From positions 192,001-256,000 of the forward strand of contig JBFMAY010000001.1 in NCBI GenBank assembly GCA_040755455.1: 64,000 bases of DNA, read 5' to 3'. A model generated the notes under the pieces. That model did not search any database. It had not been told where the DNA came from and saw only the letters and a program-made list of their open reading frames with translations. Position numbers and translations under genes: made by a program. Below, one piece after another: positions 49,158 to 58,793 of the stretch. Each line of letters begins with the position of its first letter. Within the stretch, counting starts at the first letter, position 1. The DNA comes from Thermodesulfobacteriota bacterium (lineage in GTDB: Bacteria > Desulfobacterota > Desulfobulbia > Desulfobulbales > SURF-16).

Positions 49158-49458
49158 ACTTGCCGAACAACACCGGAGCAGGATGATCAGCAAGGTGCGG
49201 GTGGAGATCGGACCGCTGTCCGGCATCGTCATTGATTCCTTTCAGTTCGGCTTTGATGTGCTGGCCTCGGAACAGGAGTTGACCAGCAAGGCGCTGCTTG
49301 AAATCGTCACCCCGCCCATCCAGTACAAGTGCTGCTACTGCGGCTATGTCTGCCTGAATTATAGCGAGGTGCCGGAGGCCTGTCCGGAGTGCGGTCATAC
49401 CCTGCTCGTGCCGGAGGGCGGGGACGGGCTGATTCTCCTGCAGGTTGAAATGGAATAA
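49111..49458 (+). CDS. hypA: Hydrogenase maturation nickel metallochaperone
   Basis: MHE N-terminus at 49111; two CxxC pairs (CCYC, CPEC). Confidence 0.93.
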   Translation: MHEISLVQGLLKQLAELAEQHRSRMISKVRVEIGPLSGIVIDSFQFGFDVLASEQELTSKALLEIVTPPIQYKCCYCGYVCLNYSEVPEACPECGHTLLVPEGGDGLILLQVEME

Positions 49459-49488
49459 CAGGAAGGCAGAAGGCAAGAGGCAAAAGGA

Positions 49489-49507
49489 GCGGGTTTCATG
49501 CCCGCCC
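49489..49507. repeat. REP-like palindrome GCGGGTTTCATGCCCGCCC, copy 1
   Basis: 19-bp identical copy at 54089-54107. Confidence 0.55.
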
Positions 49508-49594
49508 CACAGACGGAAGGGGAAAGTCGGAAGCGGCGAAACACCTTCAGACTTTCCGGCCTGGGTAGTTACTAACATAGAAGGATATAAGAAT

Positions 49595-50296
49595 ATGTGT
49601 GATGTTTGCGGATGTGCAAGCCCGAGTCATAGTCATAAGGTCGTTGATGTCAATCAGAGTCTGCTGGCCGCCAACGATGCCCTGGCGGCAAAAAACAGAG
49701 AGCATATTGAGGAGCTGGGGGCCGTGGCGATTAATCTGATCAGCAGCCCCGGTTCGGGAAAAACCACCCTGCTTGAGAAAACCATTGAGCGGCTGGGCAA
49801 GGAGCTGCGCATCGGGGTGATCGAGGGCGATATTGAAACGGAAAGGGATGCCGAACGTATCCGCGCCAAGGGCGTGCCGGTGGTGCAGCTCACCACCGGA
49901 GGAGCCTGCCATCTTGACGCCGCCCTGGTCCATAAGGGCATTCATGCCCTGGAGGATCAGCTTGGTGACGGCGGGAAACTCGATTTGCTCTTTATTGAAA
50001 ATGTCGGCAATCTTGTCTGCCCGGCCACTTTTTATCTGGGTGAACATCAACGGGTGGTGATGGTCTCCGTGCCGGAGGGGCCGGATAAACCGGCCAAATA
50101 TCCCAAGGCCTTTACCGGCTCCCATGTTTTCATGATCAGCAAGACGGACCTGTTGCCGTATTTTGATTTTGCGCCGGAGATGGCGATCAAGGATGCCCTG
50201 CAGCTTAATCCGAAGCTCATGGTCATGTCTGTTTCCGCAACGGCCGGCGACGGCTTTGACAGCTGGCTGGCGTATCTGCGCTCCCTCTGTCGATGA
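49595..50296 (+). CDS. hypB: Hydrogenase nickel incorporation GTPase
   Basis: MCDVCGC start at 49595; SSPGSGKTT, CHLDA, ENVGNLVCPA, KPAKYP. Confidence 0.95.
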   Translation: MCDVCGCASPSHSHKVVDVNQSLLAANDALAAKNREHIEELGAVAINLISSPGSGKTTLLEKTIERLGKELRIGVIEGDIETERDAERIRAKGVPVVQLTTGGACHLDAALVHKGIHALEDQLGDGGKLDLLFIENVGNLVCPATFYLGEHQRVVMVSVPEGPDKPAKYPKAFTGSHVFMISKTDLLPYFDFAPEMAIKDALQLNPKLMVMSVSATAGDGFDSWLAYLRSLCR

Positions 50297-50985
50297 TATT
50301 CGGCTTAACTGACGACCTTATCTTTCCCCCTCCTTATCTGGCCAGAGAGGACGGCCTGCTGGCCATCGGTGGAGATCTCTCCGTTGAGCGGCTTCTTCTC
50401 GCCTATGGCCAGGGCATTTTCCCCTGGTACACCGAGGAGGATCCCATTCTCTGGTGGGCGCCCGACCCCCGGCTGGTCCTTGAACCGGAAAAATTTCATC
50501 TGTCGAAACGGCTGGCCCGCGTTATCCGGCAGGGCCGGTTTCACGTCACCTTTGACACCGCCTTTGAGCAGGTGATCAGAGCATGCGCTGTCCCGCGGGC
50601 GGGCAAAGAGCAGGGCACCTGGCTGGTGCCCGAGATGATTGAGGCTTATATCCGTTTGCACGAGGCGGGCTACGCCCACTCGGTGGAATGCTGGCAGGGG
50701 GAGACTCTGGCCGGCGGCCTTTACGGGGTGGCGCTTGGCGGGGTATTTTTCGGCGAGTCCATGTTTGCCAGGGTGTCCGACAGCTCAAAGGTCGCGATGG
50801 CCCATCTGGTCAAGCTGCTGCGCCAATGGCAATTTGCCCTGATTGACTGCCAGATGACCACATCCCACCTGTTGAGCCTCGGGGCACGGGAAATGCCCGG
50901 TTACGAATTCTACAGCCGTCTGGAAAAACATGTGCCGCTGCCGGGCCGGCCGGGCCGGTGGACCGGGGCGTTGACAAAAAAATAG
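50293..50985 (+). CDS. aat: Leucyl/phenylalanyl-tRNA--protein transferase
   Basis: DGLLAIGGDLS.ERLL.AY.QGIFPW, WW.PDPR, AHSVECW, GGLYG..FFGESMF, IDCQ. Confidence 0.95.
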   Translation: MIFGLTDDLIFPPPYLAREDGLLAIGGDLSVERLLLAYGQGIFPWYTEEDPILWWAPDPRLVLEPEKFHLSKRLARVIRQGRFHVTFDTAFEQVIRACAVPRAGKEQGTWLVPEMIEAYIRLHEAGYAHSVECWQGETLAGGLYGVALGGVFFGESMFARVSDSSKVAMAHLVKLLRQWQFALIDCQMTTSHLLSLGAREMPGYEFYSRLEKHVPLPGRPGRWTGALTKK

Positions 50986-51081
50986 CATACCTTGACACCC
51001 TTCAGGCAATATTTATTGTTTTAATTAGGAGGAGGCTGCATCAATTTATTAATTCTTGGTAAATGAAAAGGGGGTGTTGGT

Positions 51082-51540
51082 ATGTTCGATCTTATTCCGT
51101 CAAGACGAGGTAAAGTTGATGTCCCTGATGTGTTCGAGGAAATGGAGGATATGTTCAAGAGGATGTGGAGGGGGTCAATGCTTCATGACCTGCTGCTTGA
51201 GTCCGAGAGAAACTGGGCTCCGCGGCTGGATGTCAGTGAAACGGACAAGGAGATTGAAGTGATTGCCGACCTTCCGGGCCTGGAGAAAAAGGATATCGAT
51301 ATTTCCCTGGACAATGATGTGCTGGTTATCAAGGGTGAAAAGAAGGAAGAGCATAAGGAAACTGACAAGCATGTCCATAGAATGGAACGGCGGTACGGGT
51401 CTTTTTACCGGGCTTTACGGCTTCCTGTTGAGGTGAAGAGTGATAAGATTGAGGCCTCCTTCAAAAACGGTGTATTGAAAGTCACCTTGCCGAAATCCGA
51501 GGAAGCGAAAAAGAAAATCGCCCGCATTGAAGTCAAATAG
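51082..51540 (+). CDS. Hsp20/alpha-crystallin small heat shock protein
   Basis: PRLDVSET, ADLPGL, ERRYGSFYR.LRLP, ASFKNGVLKVTLPK. Confidence 0.95.
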   Translation: MFDLIPSRRGKVDVPDVFEEMEDMFKRMWRGSMLHDLLLESERNWAPRLDVSETDKEIEVIADLPGLEKKDIDISLDNDVLVIKGEKKEEHKETDKHVHRMERRYGSFYRALRLPVEVKSDKIEASFKNGVLKVTLPKSEEAKKKIARIEVK

Positions 51541-51557
51541 CAAGGTCGGTTCCTTAT

Positions 51558-51589
51558 AAAAAAAGCCCGCAGCAATGCGGGCTTTTTTT
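51558..51589 (+). terminator. Bidirectional intrinsic terminator
   Basis: A7-GCCCGCA-GCAA-TGCGGGC-T7. Confidence 0.85.
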
Positions 51590-51810
51590 ATTTGCTTGAC
51601 AAAAATCTTTTTCATGGAGATTAATGAAGTAGTTTCCCTGTTCCGTAGTATTGTCCTGCCGGGTTGCCCAAAGCCTTCCACAGGACCTCAATATGGAGAA
51701 CATCCTGCGGCGCCGAGGTTGTATGGCTGAATGGAAAAACCTCACCGTTCTCCATCCATGCCTTTCGTTATAAAAGTCCGGATAAAAGCCCGGCAAACAG
51801 ACCTGTGACT

Positions 51811-53430
51811 ATGGCACACGAATCATCTCCCGGTAAACAGGCGGATACATCGCAGCAGGAGCGCCATGAGCTTGAACGGCGCGTCAGGGAGCTTGCCGCC
51901 CAACTGGGCATGCTGACCCGCCAGCTTGCCGAGGAGACCGCCGCCCGCAGGGAGCTTGAGGAGGCAATCGCCGAGCGGGACGAAAAATTCCGCATTGTCA
52001 CCGATTTTTCCTGGGACTGGGAATACTGGATCGCCCCTGACGGCAGGTTTCTGCATATCTCGCCGTCTTGCGAGCGGATGACCGGCTACAGCCCTATAGA
52101 TTTTTATAATAATCAGGACCTGTTTCTGGCAATCATCCATCCTGATGACCGGCAGCGCATCCATGCCCACCTCAATGAAGAGATCCATGAGGCGGCGGAA
52201 TTCCACTTTGACTTCCGTATTGTGGCCAGAAACGGGGAAGAACGCTGGATCGCCCACAGCTGCCGGCCGGTTTTCAATGCCCTGGGGCTGTCGCTTGGCC
52301 GGCGGGCCAATAATCGTGATATCACCCGGCGCAAACGTACCCAGGCGGCGCTCCAGGAAAAAGAAAAATTTTTCCGCATGGTTCTTGATGCCACCTCCAA
52401 CGGGGTCTGGGACCGCAACCTGCAGACCGGCGAAGTCTATTACGGTGAAAACTGGGCAAAGATGCTGGGCTATACCATCGAAGAGGTGCGCGACAGGAAA
52501 ATAACCTGGGAGAATCTGCTGCACCCTGATGACAAACATGCATCCCTGGCCGCGGTGCTCAATCATCTGCAGGGGCTCACCTCCAGGTATGTGGCGGAAT
52601 TCCGCATGCTGAACAAGTCCGGTGACTGGCAATGGGTTCTCGCCCGGGGCAAGGTGGTGGAATGGGATGAGCAGGGCCAACCGCTGCGTTTTGTCGGCAC
52701 CCACTACGATATTTCGGATCGCAAGAAGGCTGAGGAGGAGCTGAAGGAAAGCTCAAGGAAAATCAAGGAGTTCGCCTACTCGGTCGTCCATGATCTGAAA
52801 AATCCGGCTATCTCCATTCATGGCCTGGCCAGGCACTTGCAGAATAAATGCGGCGAGATGCTGGATGACAAGGGGAAAAAGTTCTGCGCCCAGATCCTCA
52901 GTTCGTCCGAAGAGATTGCCGCTCTGGTTGACAAGATCAATGTTTTCATTTCGGCCCAGGAAGTGCCCCTTGCTCTGCAGCGGGTTTCGTTGCGGGAGAC
53001 CCTGAATATCATCAGGGAGGAATTTTCTCTCCAGCTTGATCTCCGCTCCATCAGGTGGCTTGAGCCGACAAGCCTGCCGGACATAACCGCGGACCGTCTG
53101 TCCTTGTTGCGGATTCTGCGTAATCTGGTAGATAATGCCCTGAAGTACGGCGGCGAGAAGCTGAGTGAGATTGAGATCGGCTATAAGGATTCGGAGGCAT
53201 TTCATATTCTTTCCGTCCGCGATGACGGCGTGGGGCTGGGCAATGAAGAATCAAACGACCTTTTTTCCATGTTCATGCGGAAAAAGACCGCGCTGGGCAT
53301 TGAAGGCGCAGGCCTGGGCCTGGCCATTGTCAAAGATGTTGCCGCCCAGCATAAAGGTCAGGTCTGGATCGAGCATAACCCGGAACACGGCATCACCTTT
53401 TTCGTATCCCTTTCAAAGATGCTGGGCTGA
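51811..53430 (+). CDS. Cytoplasmic PAS-PAS sensor histidine kinase
   Basis: N-terminal coiled coil; two PAS_3 domains (IHPDD, LHPDD); FAYSVVHDLKNP, NLVDNALKY, DDGVG, GAGLGL; likely start 51811. Confidence 0.9.
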   Translation: MAHESSPGKQADTSQQERHELERRVRELAAQLGMLTRQLAEETAARRELEEAIAERDEKFRIVTDFSWDWEYWIAPDGRFLHISPSCERMTGYSPIDFYNNQDLFLAIIHPDDRQRIHAHLNEEIHEAAEFHFDFRIVARNGEERWIAHSCRPVFNALGLSLGRRANNRDITRRKRTQAALQEKEKFFRMVLDATSNGVWDRNLQTGEVYYGENWAKMLGYTIEEVRDRKITWENLLHPDDKHASLAAVLNHLQGLTSRYVAEFRMLNKSGDWQWVLARGKVVEWDEQGQPLRFVGTHYDISDRKKAEEELKESSRKIKEFAYSVVHDLKNPAISIHGLARHLQNKCGEMLDDKGKKFCAQILSSSEEIAALVDKINVFISAQEVPLALQRVSLRETLNIIREEFSLQLDLRSIRWLEPTSLPDITADRLSLLRILRNLVDNALKYGGEKLSEIEIGYKDSEAFHILSVRDDGVGLGNEESNDLFSMFMRKKTALGIEGAGLGLAIVKDVAAQHKGQVWIEHNPEHGITFFVSLSKMLG

Positions 53431-53559
53431 CAGCCGTCAGCCGGCATTTCATGACTAACCCCTACCACCAACCTTGAGAAAAAATCTCAGGACCAGCTGC
53501 TGCAAAGGAAAATATGTACAGGATTCTTTTTTCTCAGCAGCATAAAGGAGCGTACTCGT

Positions 53560-54018
53560 TTGCCAATCAGCAAGGAAGTAACCGCAGGGGATGATATCGA
53601 TTCCCGCTGTCTGAAGTGCAAGAATGTCACCAACCATACCATTGTTGCCATGGTGGGAAAGCGGGTGGCAAAGGTGCAGTGCAATGTCTGCCGGGCGCTG
53701 CATAATTACCGTCCCGTTATCGCTGAAAAAAAGACACCCGTGCGGCGCAGCGGGGAAAAAAGCGGGCAGTCCGGCAAAAATGGCCGTCCATTCAAGGAGG
53801 CAAAGGCTGAAGCTCATTTCCTGGAACTGCTCGGCGGCAGGGACCCGGTTGCGGCGGTGCCTTATGCCATGACAGAGAGTTTTGGGGACGATGATCTGGT
53901 CAACCATCCTGTTTTCGGGGTCGGGCTGGTAACCAGGATGATTCCCCCCAACAAGATCGAGGTGGTTTTCAAGGAGGGCAGCAAAATTCTGATCTGTGCG
54001 GCCAAGGTGAAAAAATGA
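53560..54018 (+). CDS. Conserved hypothetical protein with N-terminal zinc ribbon
   Basis: GDDIDSRCLKCK..TNH....VQCNVC...H; C-terminal HPVFGVG.V...KIEVVF; SD AAGGAG. Confidence 0.7.
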   Translation: MPISKEVTAGDDIDSRCLKCKNVTNHTIVAMVGKRVAKVQCNVCRALHNYRPVIAEKKTPVRRSGEKSGQSGKNGRPFKEAKAEAHFLELLGGRDPVAAVPYAMTESFGDDDLVNHPVFGVGLVTRMIPPNKIEVVFKEGSKILICAAKVKK

Positions 54019-54084
54019 GGAATTTCCCCCGGTATTTGGGGCATGCCGCTTGGCAATGAAATTACGAAAGTCCTAAACCCTGCC

Positions 54085-54108
54085 AGGGGCGGGTTTCATG
54101 CCCGCCCT
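54085..54108. repeat. REP-like palindrome, copy 2, between convergent genes
   Basis: AGGGGCGGGTTTCATGCCCGCCCT. Confidence 0.55.
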
Positions 54109-54111
54109 GTT

Positions 54112-54657
54112 TCAGCCGAGAAGTTTCGGCGGGACCGGATCAAGATTTCTGAGTTTGGCCAGCAGCAGTTGGGGAGAGGGAAAATAGGCCAGGGCAGTGA
54201 GGTTCTCCTCCAGGGCCTTGGCCGCCTTGGCCGCCATTTTTTCAACCCCCTGCCGGCTGCCGCCCGCCATGAGGATGTAAACCCCTGCCGCCCGGATCAG
54301 ACCCTGCAGGGCGGCCTTTTCTCGTCCCTGGGCCTGCATCCACAGCCCCTCCAGCATTTCATGGACCTCAAAAAAAAGCTCCGCATCCCACAGAACAAAG
54401 CTCTGCGGCAGAATACCTTTAATTCCCTGATGCTCAATGGCGGCCATACATTTTTTGTAGCGGGAAAGGCGGTCAAGGATGTAGAATCTTTTTTCCACGG
54501 CAATTTCCTGCTCCAGCAGATGGTTGCCTGCCGTGGCAACGGCTGCCGGGTTCTGGTCCCGCAATGACACGACAAAGGCCGAGGAAAGGGTGTTGCGGAT
54601 CAGCCGTGCCTGTCTGTCCCGGAATGGATCAAAATTATTTTTTGTCATAATAACCAA
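54112..54657 (-). CDS. DUF309-domain protein
   Basis: LFFEVHEMLEGLW....LQGLI motif; the start may be 54648. Confidence 0.75.
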   Translation of the reverse strand: MVIMTKNNFDPFRDRQARLIRNTLSSAFVVSLRDQNPAAVATAGNHLLEQEIAVEKRFYILDRLSRYKKCMAAIEHQGIKGILPQSFVLWDAELFFEVHEMLEGLWMQAQGREKAALQGLIRAAGVYILMAGGSRQGVEKMAAKAAKALEENLTALAYFPSPQLLLAKLRNLDPVPPKLLG

Positions 54658-54811
54658 AAGTTACAGAAAAAGTGCGGAAAAGCAAGCAGGAAAGTTGGTG
54701 ATTCGGTAAACATGAACGCAGCGCATTTTGCCGCGCTCAGTCCGGGGTGTGAGCGCCCAGGACGGTTGAAATACTTTTCACGACTTGCCGATTGCTTTTT
54801 TGGAGTTATCA

Positions 54812-55153
54812 ATGGAAAAACTGGTGAATGAGGTAAAGCAATTCCGTGAGGAAAGGGACTGGGAGCAGTTCCACAGTCCGAAAAATCTGGCGATGGCCCT
54901 TGTGGTTGAATGCGCGGAGCTGGCGGAACATTTCCAATGGCTCACCGAGGAGCAGAGCCGCAATCTCTCTGCCGAAAAAAAAGAGGCCATCCGGGAAGAG
55001 ATTGGCGATGTCCTGGTGTATCTGGTCAACCTTTCGGAAAAGCTTGGCATTGATCTTCTGGACGCGGCCTGGGACAAGATCGGTAAAAACAGGAAAAAAT
55101 ACCCGGTTGACAAGGTTCGGGGAAAATCATCGAAATATCATGAGTACGAGTAA
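54812..55153 (+). CDS. MazG-like nucleotide pyrophosphohydrolase (dCTPase-like)
   Basis: FREERDWEQFHSPKNLAMAL..E..EL.EHFQW, EEIGDV, KI.KN..KYP. Confidence 0.9.
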   Translation: MEKLVNEVKQFREERDWEQFHSPKNLAMALVVECAELAEHFQWLTEEQSRNLSAEKKEAIREEIGDVLVYLVNLSEKLGIDLLDAAWDKIGKNRKKYPVDKVRGKSSKYHEYE

Positions 55154-55667
55154 GAATCCCGCCGCATATGAGCTGGTGGCCATAGTGGATGAGGACAACC
55201 GCGTGGTGGGCAGCGCCAGCCGCGGGATCATGCGGCGTTTCAATCTCATCCACCGGGCCACCTATGTCCTGCTCTTTAACGGCCGGGGGGAGCTTTTTGT
55301 CCAGCAGCGGACGGAAAGCAAGGATATCTACCCCGGCTATTATGATATCGCCGCCGGCGGGGTGGTGCTGGCCGGAGAGGACTATGACCTTTCCGCCCGG
55401 CGGGAGCTTGCCGAGGAGGTGGGCATCACCGGGGTCCCCTTGACGCCGTTTTGTGATTTTTACTGGCAGGAAGAGCACAACAAGGTGTGGGGCAGGGCCT
55501 ATACCTGTGTGGCGGACGGACCGGTAACCCTGCAGGAGGAAGAGGTGCAATGGGGCCAGTTCATGCATCTGGACGACATCCGGCTGCTGCGCGGCAAAAG
55601 GCCATTCACCCCGGACGGCCTCTATCTTCTTGACCGATATCTGGCGGCAGCAACAAAATCTGTTTGA
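55140..55667 (+). CDS. NUDIX hydrolase (YfcD/IDI-like)
   Basis: VDEDNRVVG, HRATYV, QRT..KD.YPG..D..AGGVVLAGE....ARRELAEEVG. Confidence 0.88.
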   Translation: MSTSKNPAAYELVAIVDEDNRVVGSASRGIMRRFNLIHRATYVLLFNGRGELFVQQRTESKDIYPGYYDIAAGGVVLAGEDYDLSARRELAEEVGITGVPLTPFCDFYWQEEHNKVWGRAYTCVADGPVTLQEEEVQWGQFMHLDDIRLLRGKRPFTPDGLYLLDRYLAAATKSV

Positions 55668-55828
55668 CCAGGAGGGATGCAGCCGCTGATCGGCAAACCT
55701 TCTTTACCAGGGCCTGGCTATCGGCTATGCACCGGCGGGGAACTTATTTGCCGGCGGATCGCTCTCTTACCTATCGTTAACCAGAAAAACTGAGCAGTTT
55801 TTTACTCATACCATCTTGCGGGGGATTT

Positions 55829-57019
55829 ATGACGGCAGCAGCACCTTTTTCGTATACGGCGGAACAGCTCTTTGACTGGATATCCGGCAAACCTGATTTT
55901 GTCCTTCTTGACGTGCGCAATGCAAAGGAGTTTGCCAACTGGTATGTGGAGGGGCCTGCGCTTTTCCCCTACATCAATGTCCCGTATTTCAACTTCATGG
56001 AGGATCTGCGGGAAAGTATCGCCATGGTGCCGGCCGGCGAAAAAATCAGGATTGTCTGCTCCAGGGAAGGCTCGGCGAAATATGTGGCGGAACAGTTGAC
56101 CTCCCATGGTTTCAGCGATGTCGGTTATCTGCAGGGCGGCATTGTCTCCTGGGGCAACGTGCTGGCCGCGCGTCTGGTGACCCCTGTTGCCGCGCCTTAC
56201 AGCCTTTATCAAATGATTCGTCCGGGCAAGGCTTCCTGCAGCCATCTGCTCATCAGCGGCGCAGAGGCCATGGTTTTTGATCCCTCGCGCAATGTGGATT
56301 TTTATATCCGCTTTGCCGCGGAAAAGGGGGCGCGGATCGTCAGAACCTTTGAGACCCATCGCCAGGCGGATTACATTTCCGGTTCCACCCGGCTGGCGGA
56401 AAAGACCGGGGCAGCCATCATGGCGAAGAAAGAGGATTTCCTTGGTGCGGATTTCCCGTTCAATCCTGTGGAGGACGGCCAGCTCATCGCCTTTAGCAAA
56501 GGCGGACCGGCCATCAAGGCCATCCATACCCCCGGCCATACCATGGGCAGCACCTCCTTTCTCATTGACGGGAAATACCTGCTGAGCGGGGATACGGTTT
56601 TCATCAACACGGCGGGCCGTCCCGATCTGGGCGGCAAGAGCGAGGAATGGTCCCGCTTTCTCTACCTGACCCTAACCCTGAAGATCCGCAATCTCGGCGA
56701 TGATATCCTGATTCTTCCCGGCCATTATACCGCCTGGTCTGAAGCGAACCAGGACGGGATCTTCATGGACACCCTGGGCGATCTCCGCAAAAAGAATATC
56801 GCCTTTCATCTGCCAACGGAACATAAATTCGTTGAATTTATCAAGGCGAATCTGCGCCCGCAGCCGGCGGCCTATGCCCAGATCCGGCGGGTCAACGGTG
56901 GCTGGCTCAAGGTTGCGGAGGAAGAGGCCGATGTCATGGATCTCGGCAAAAATGAATGCGCGGCCAGCCATTACGGCCAGGTCGGCGTCAGCGCCGAGCA
57001 AAACAGAGCGAGCGAGTGA
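55829..57019 (+). CDS. Rhodanese::metallo-beta-lactamase fusion (sulfurtransferase/persulfide-dioxygenase-like)
   Basis: LLDVRN..EF..W, VCSREGSA, L.GG..SW (rhodanese); ETHRQADYISG, HTPGHT, SGDT.F...GRPDLGG, PGH, GKNECAA. Confidence 0.85.
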   Translation: MTAAAPFSYTAEQLFDWISGKPDFVLLDVRNAKEFANWYVEGPALFPYINVPYFNFMEDLRESIAMVPAGEKIRIVCSREGSAKYVAEQLTSHGFSDVGYLQGGIVSWGNVLAARLVTPVAAPYSLYQMIRPGKASCSHLLISGAEAMVFDPSRNVDFYIRFAAEKGARIVRTFETHRQADYISGSTRLAEKTGAAIMAKKEDFLGADFPFNPVEDGQLIAFSKGGPAIKAIHTPGHTMGSTSFLIDGKYLLSGDTVFINTAGRPDLGGKSEEWSRFLYLTLTLKIRNLGDDILILPGHYTAWSEANQDGIFMDTLGDLRKKNIAFHLPTEHKFVEFIKANLRPQPAAYAQIRRVNGGWLKVAEEEADVMDLGKNECAASHYGQVGVSAEQNRASE

Positions 57020-57038
57020 TGACTGGCGGGGAAGGGGT

Positions 57039-57230
57039 TCAGCCCCCGCCTTGTTTCTCCCTCCTGCGCTCAGCAACCTGTTGTTCCAGTTCGTTGATTC
57101 TGTTCTGCAGCTCCTCGCTGAGCTTCACCTTGCCCTCAAGAACACAGCCGCGCCGTCCCGGAATACATGCAGATTTCAGTTTTGCGCAGGTGTCCGTGTC
57201 ATATTCGTAGTTTTTGCAGGAAAAGGTCAT
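57039..57230 (-). CDS. Small Cys-rich hypothetical protein
   Basis: FSCKN.....CAKL...CIPGRRGCVLEGK plus coiled-coil tail; SD-like AGGTG upstream. Confidence 0.6.
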   Translation of the reverse strand: MTFSCKNYEYDTDTCAKLKSACIPGRRGCVLEGKVKLSEELQNRINELEQQVAERRREKQGGG

Positions 57231-57294
57231 CGTTGTTTATCACCTGTGGGTTTTTGAAAAAGCTTGACCGGGAATTTCCCCATTCAAAGAAATT

Positions 57295-58182
57295 TCAGAT
57301 CCGCAGTAAACCGTGCTGCGCATAGATGCGGCTGACCGCATCAGAGGCGAGAAAATCAAGAAACAATGGCCCCCACTCCCCACCGTCGCCGATCAGCCCG
57401 GCGTGGGACCGGCTGATGACGTTTTCCGGAAACGGCTGCGGATGTTCGATGGTGCCCCCCAGGGGGATCATGGCAAATAATGCGGGGAAAATACGGAGGT
57501 AGCGCAGGGCCAGATGATAATAGACCACGGCAACGTCGGCCCGGTCATCGATGATGGCCTGGGGTGCCTCGCGGTGGTGGATCTGTTCCCCGTAGCGGAT
57601 TTTCGTGCTTGGCGGGTCGGCAGTGAGAAAAGACAGAGCAACGTTTTCGCGGGCCGCCATGCCGGCCAGGGTGTTGACATAGCCCTGGTAGCTCACGGCC
57701 TCCGTCGCGGGATTGGAGAGAAAAAGCCTGATATCTTCCCGGTTGAGATCGGCGATGCCCGCGATGTTTTTCGGGTTGCCTTTTTTTACCAGCAGAACGC
57801 TGCCCTGATTACGCATAAACGGCATATGCCGCTGCATGTATCCTTCCCGTACCAGTTTGTCCAGCACGGCCGGCGGACTGATAAAGACATGGGGTTGGGC
57901 GGACAGGATGAAATTGCCGATCCGCAGGCTGCCATGTTTGAGCAGCAATAAAACAGGACCGGGCGGGGTTGTCACATAAAAGATCTGCTCCACTTCAGGG
58001 CGCGTCTGGTGAAAAAGGGCGATGGCCTCCCGCAATGCCATATGGTGATTGCCGTCGGAAAAAACCACCAGCCGGGCGGTTGACGGATCGCCATGCAAAT
58101 CCAGACAGAGGTTTGATCCTGGGTGGTGCCATTCGGGGATATTGCGGCTGGGAGACAGTATTTCCTCAGGCCAGGTCAGCAT
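57295..58182 (-). CDS. Substrate-binding-fold protein (ModA/SBP_bac_11-like) without obvious signal peptide
   Basis: DLHGDP, LVVFSDGNHHMAL, LLVKKGNPKNI.GI.DL, IHHREAP, ADVAVVYYHLA, IY.QHG. Confidence 0.7.
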   Translation of the reverse strand: MLTWPEEILSPSRNIPEWHHPGSNLCLDLHGDPSTARLVVFSDGNHHMALREAIALFHQTRPEVEQIFYVTTPPGPVLLLLKHGSLRIGNFILSAQPHVFISPPAVLDKLVREGYMQRHMPFMRNQGSVLLVKKGNPKNIAGIADLNREDIRLFLSNPATEAVSYQGYVNTLAGMAARENVALSFLTADPPSTKIRYGEQIHHREAPQAIIDDRADVAVVYYHLALRYLRIFPALFAMIPLGGTIEHPQPFPENVISRSHAGLIGDGGEWGPLFLDFLASDAVSRIYAQHGLLRI

Positions 58183-58236
58183 AGCGAAATTCCTGATTGG
58201 GCATCACAAAAAATAGGCGGCAATGGCCCCATCCTT

Positions 58237-58611
58237 TTACGAGCCGGCATGCAACCAGTCGTAGGCCTCCTGCTCGTTTTTAAATACCTGCAGACCTTTA
58301 TGGTAACCGGCTGAGAGCGCCTCCCACATCCGGCTCGTGCCGAAGTTCATATTCGAATCAGCCAGGATGGCCCAGCGGCCGAGTAACCTGGCGTCCCGCA
58401 TTTCAAGCCAGGCGCGAAATCTTATGAGATCATCGTGCGACAGCGCCAGCAAAGACCCCCTGGTATCACAGATTCCGTTATATTGCTCATTGAACTCGGG
58501 ATGTTGCATTAAGGCCGTTATGAATGCGAGCAGTGCCTCGTAATTTACCGTGTCGGCAAAGCGCATGTAAATAATTTTTCTGCTGTGATCAACATTTACC
58601 TCAAAATTCAT
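58237..58611 (-). CDS. Hypothetical protein (SpoIIAA/STAS-like)
   Basis: ICDTR, RWAILAD..NFGTSRMW, VFKNEQEAYDWL C-terminal pattern; SD GGAG before ATG 58611. Confidence 0.65.
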   Translation of the reverse strand: MNFEVNVDHSRKIIYMRFADTVNYEALLAFITALMQHPEFNEQYNGICDTRGSLLALSHDDLIRFRAWLEMRDARLLGRWAILADSNMNFGTSRMWEALSAGYHKGLQVFKNEQEAYDWLHAGS

Positions 58612-58793
58612 GCGACTCTCCAAGTTTTCCCTTTGAAAACGGTCAGTTCTTCGTAGACTGCGCAAGGTGCGGCAGTTTGCCGGCCTGGCCGGATCAGTCG
58701 CATGGCTTGCCGTTGTGTTCTTACTATTGCATGAATATTGGCGACAAGCAACTGTTGGATGGAGTCTGTCCGGGGCGCGGAAGGGCGGCGGGG

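Noticed and set aside
54812..55667. MazG-like plus NUDIX pair as a nucleotide-depletion defence system
   Set aside because: Both look like ordinary house-cleaning enzymes with host-like composition and no defence context
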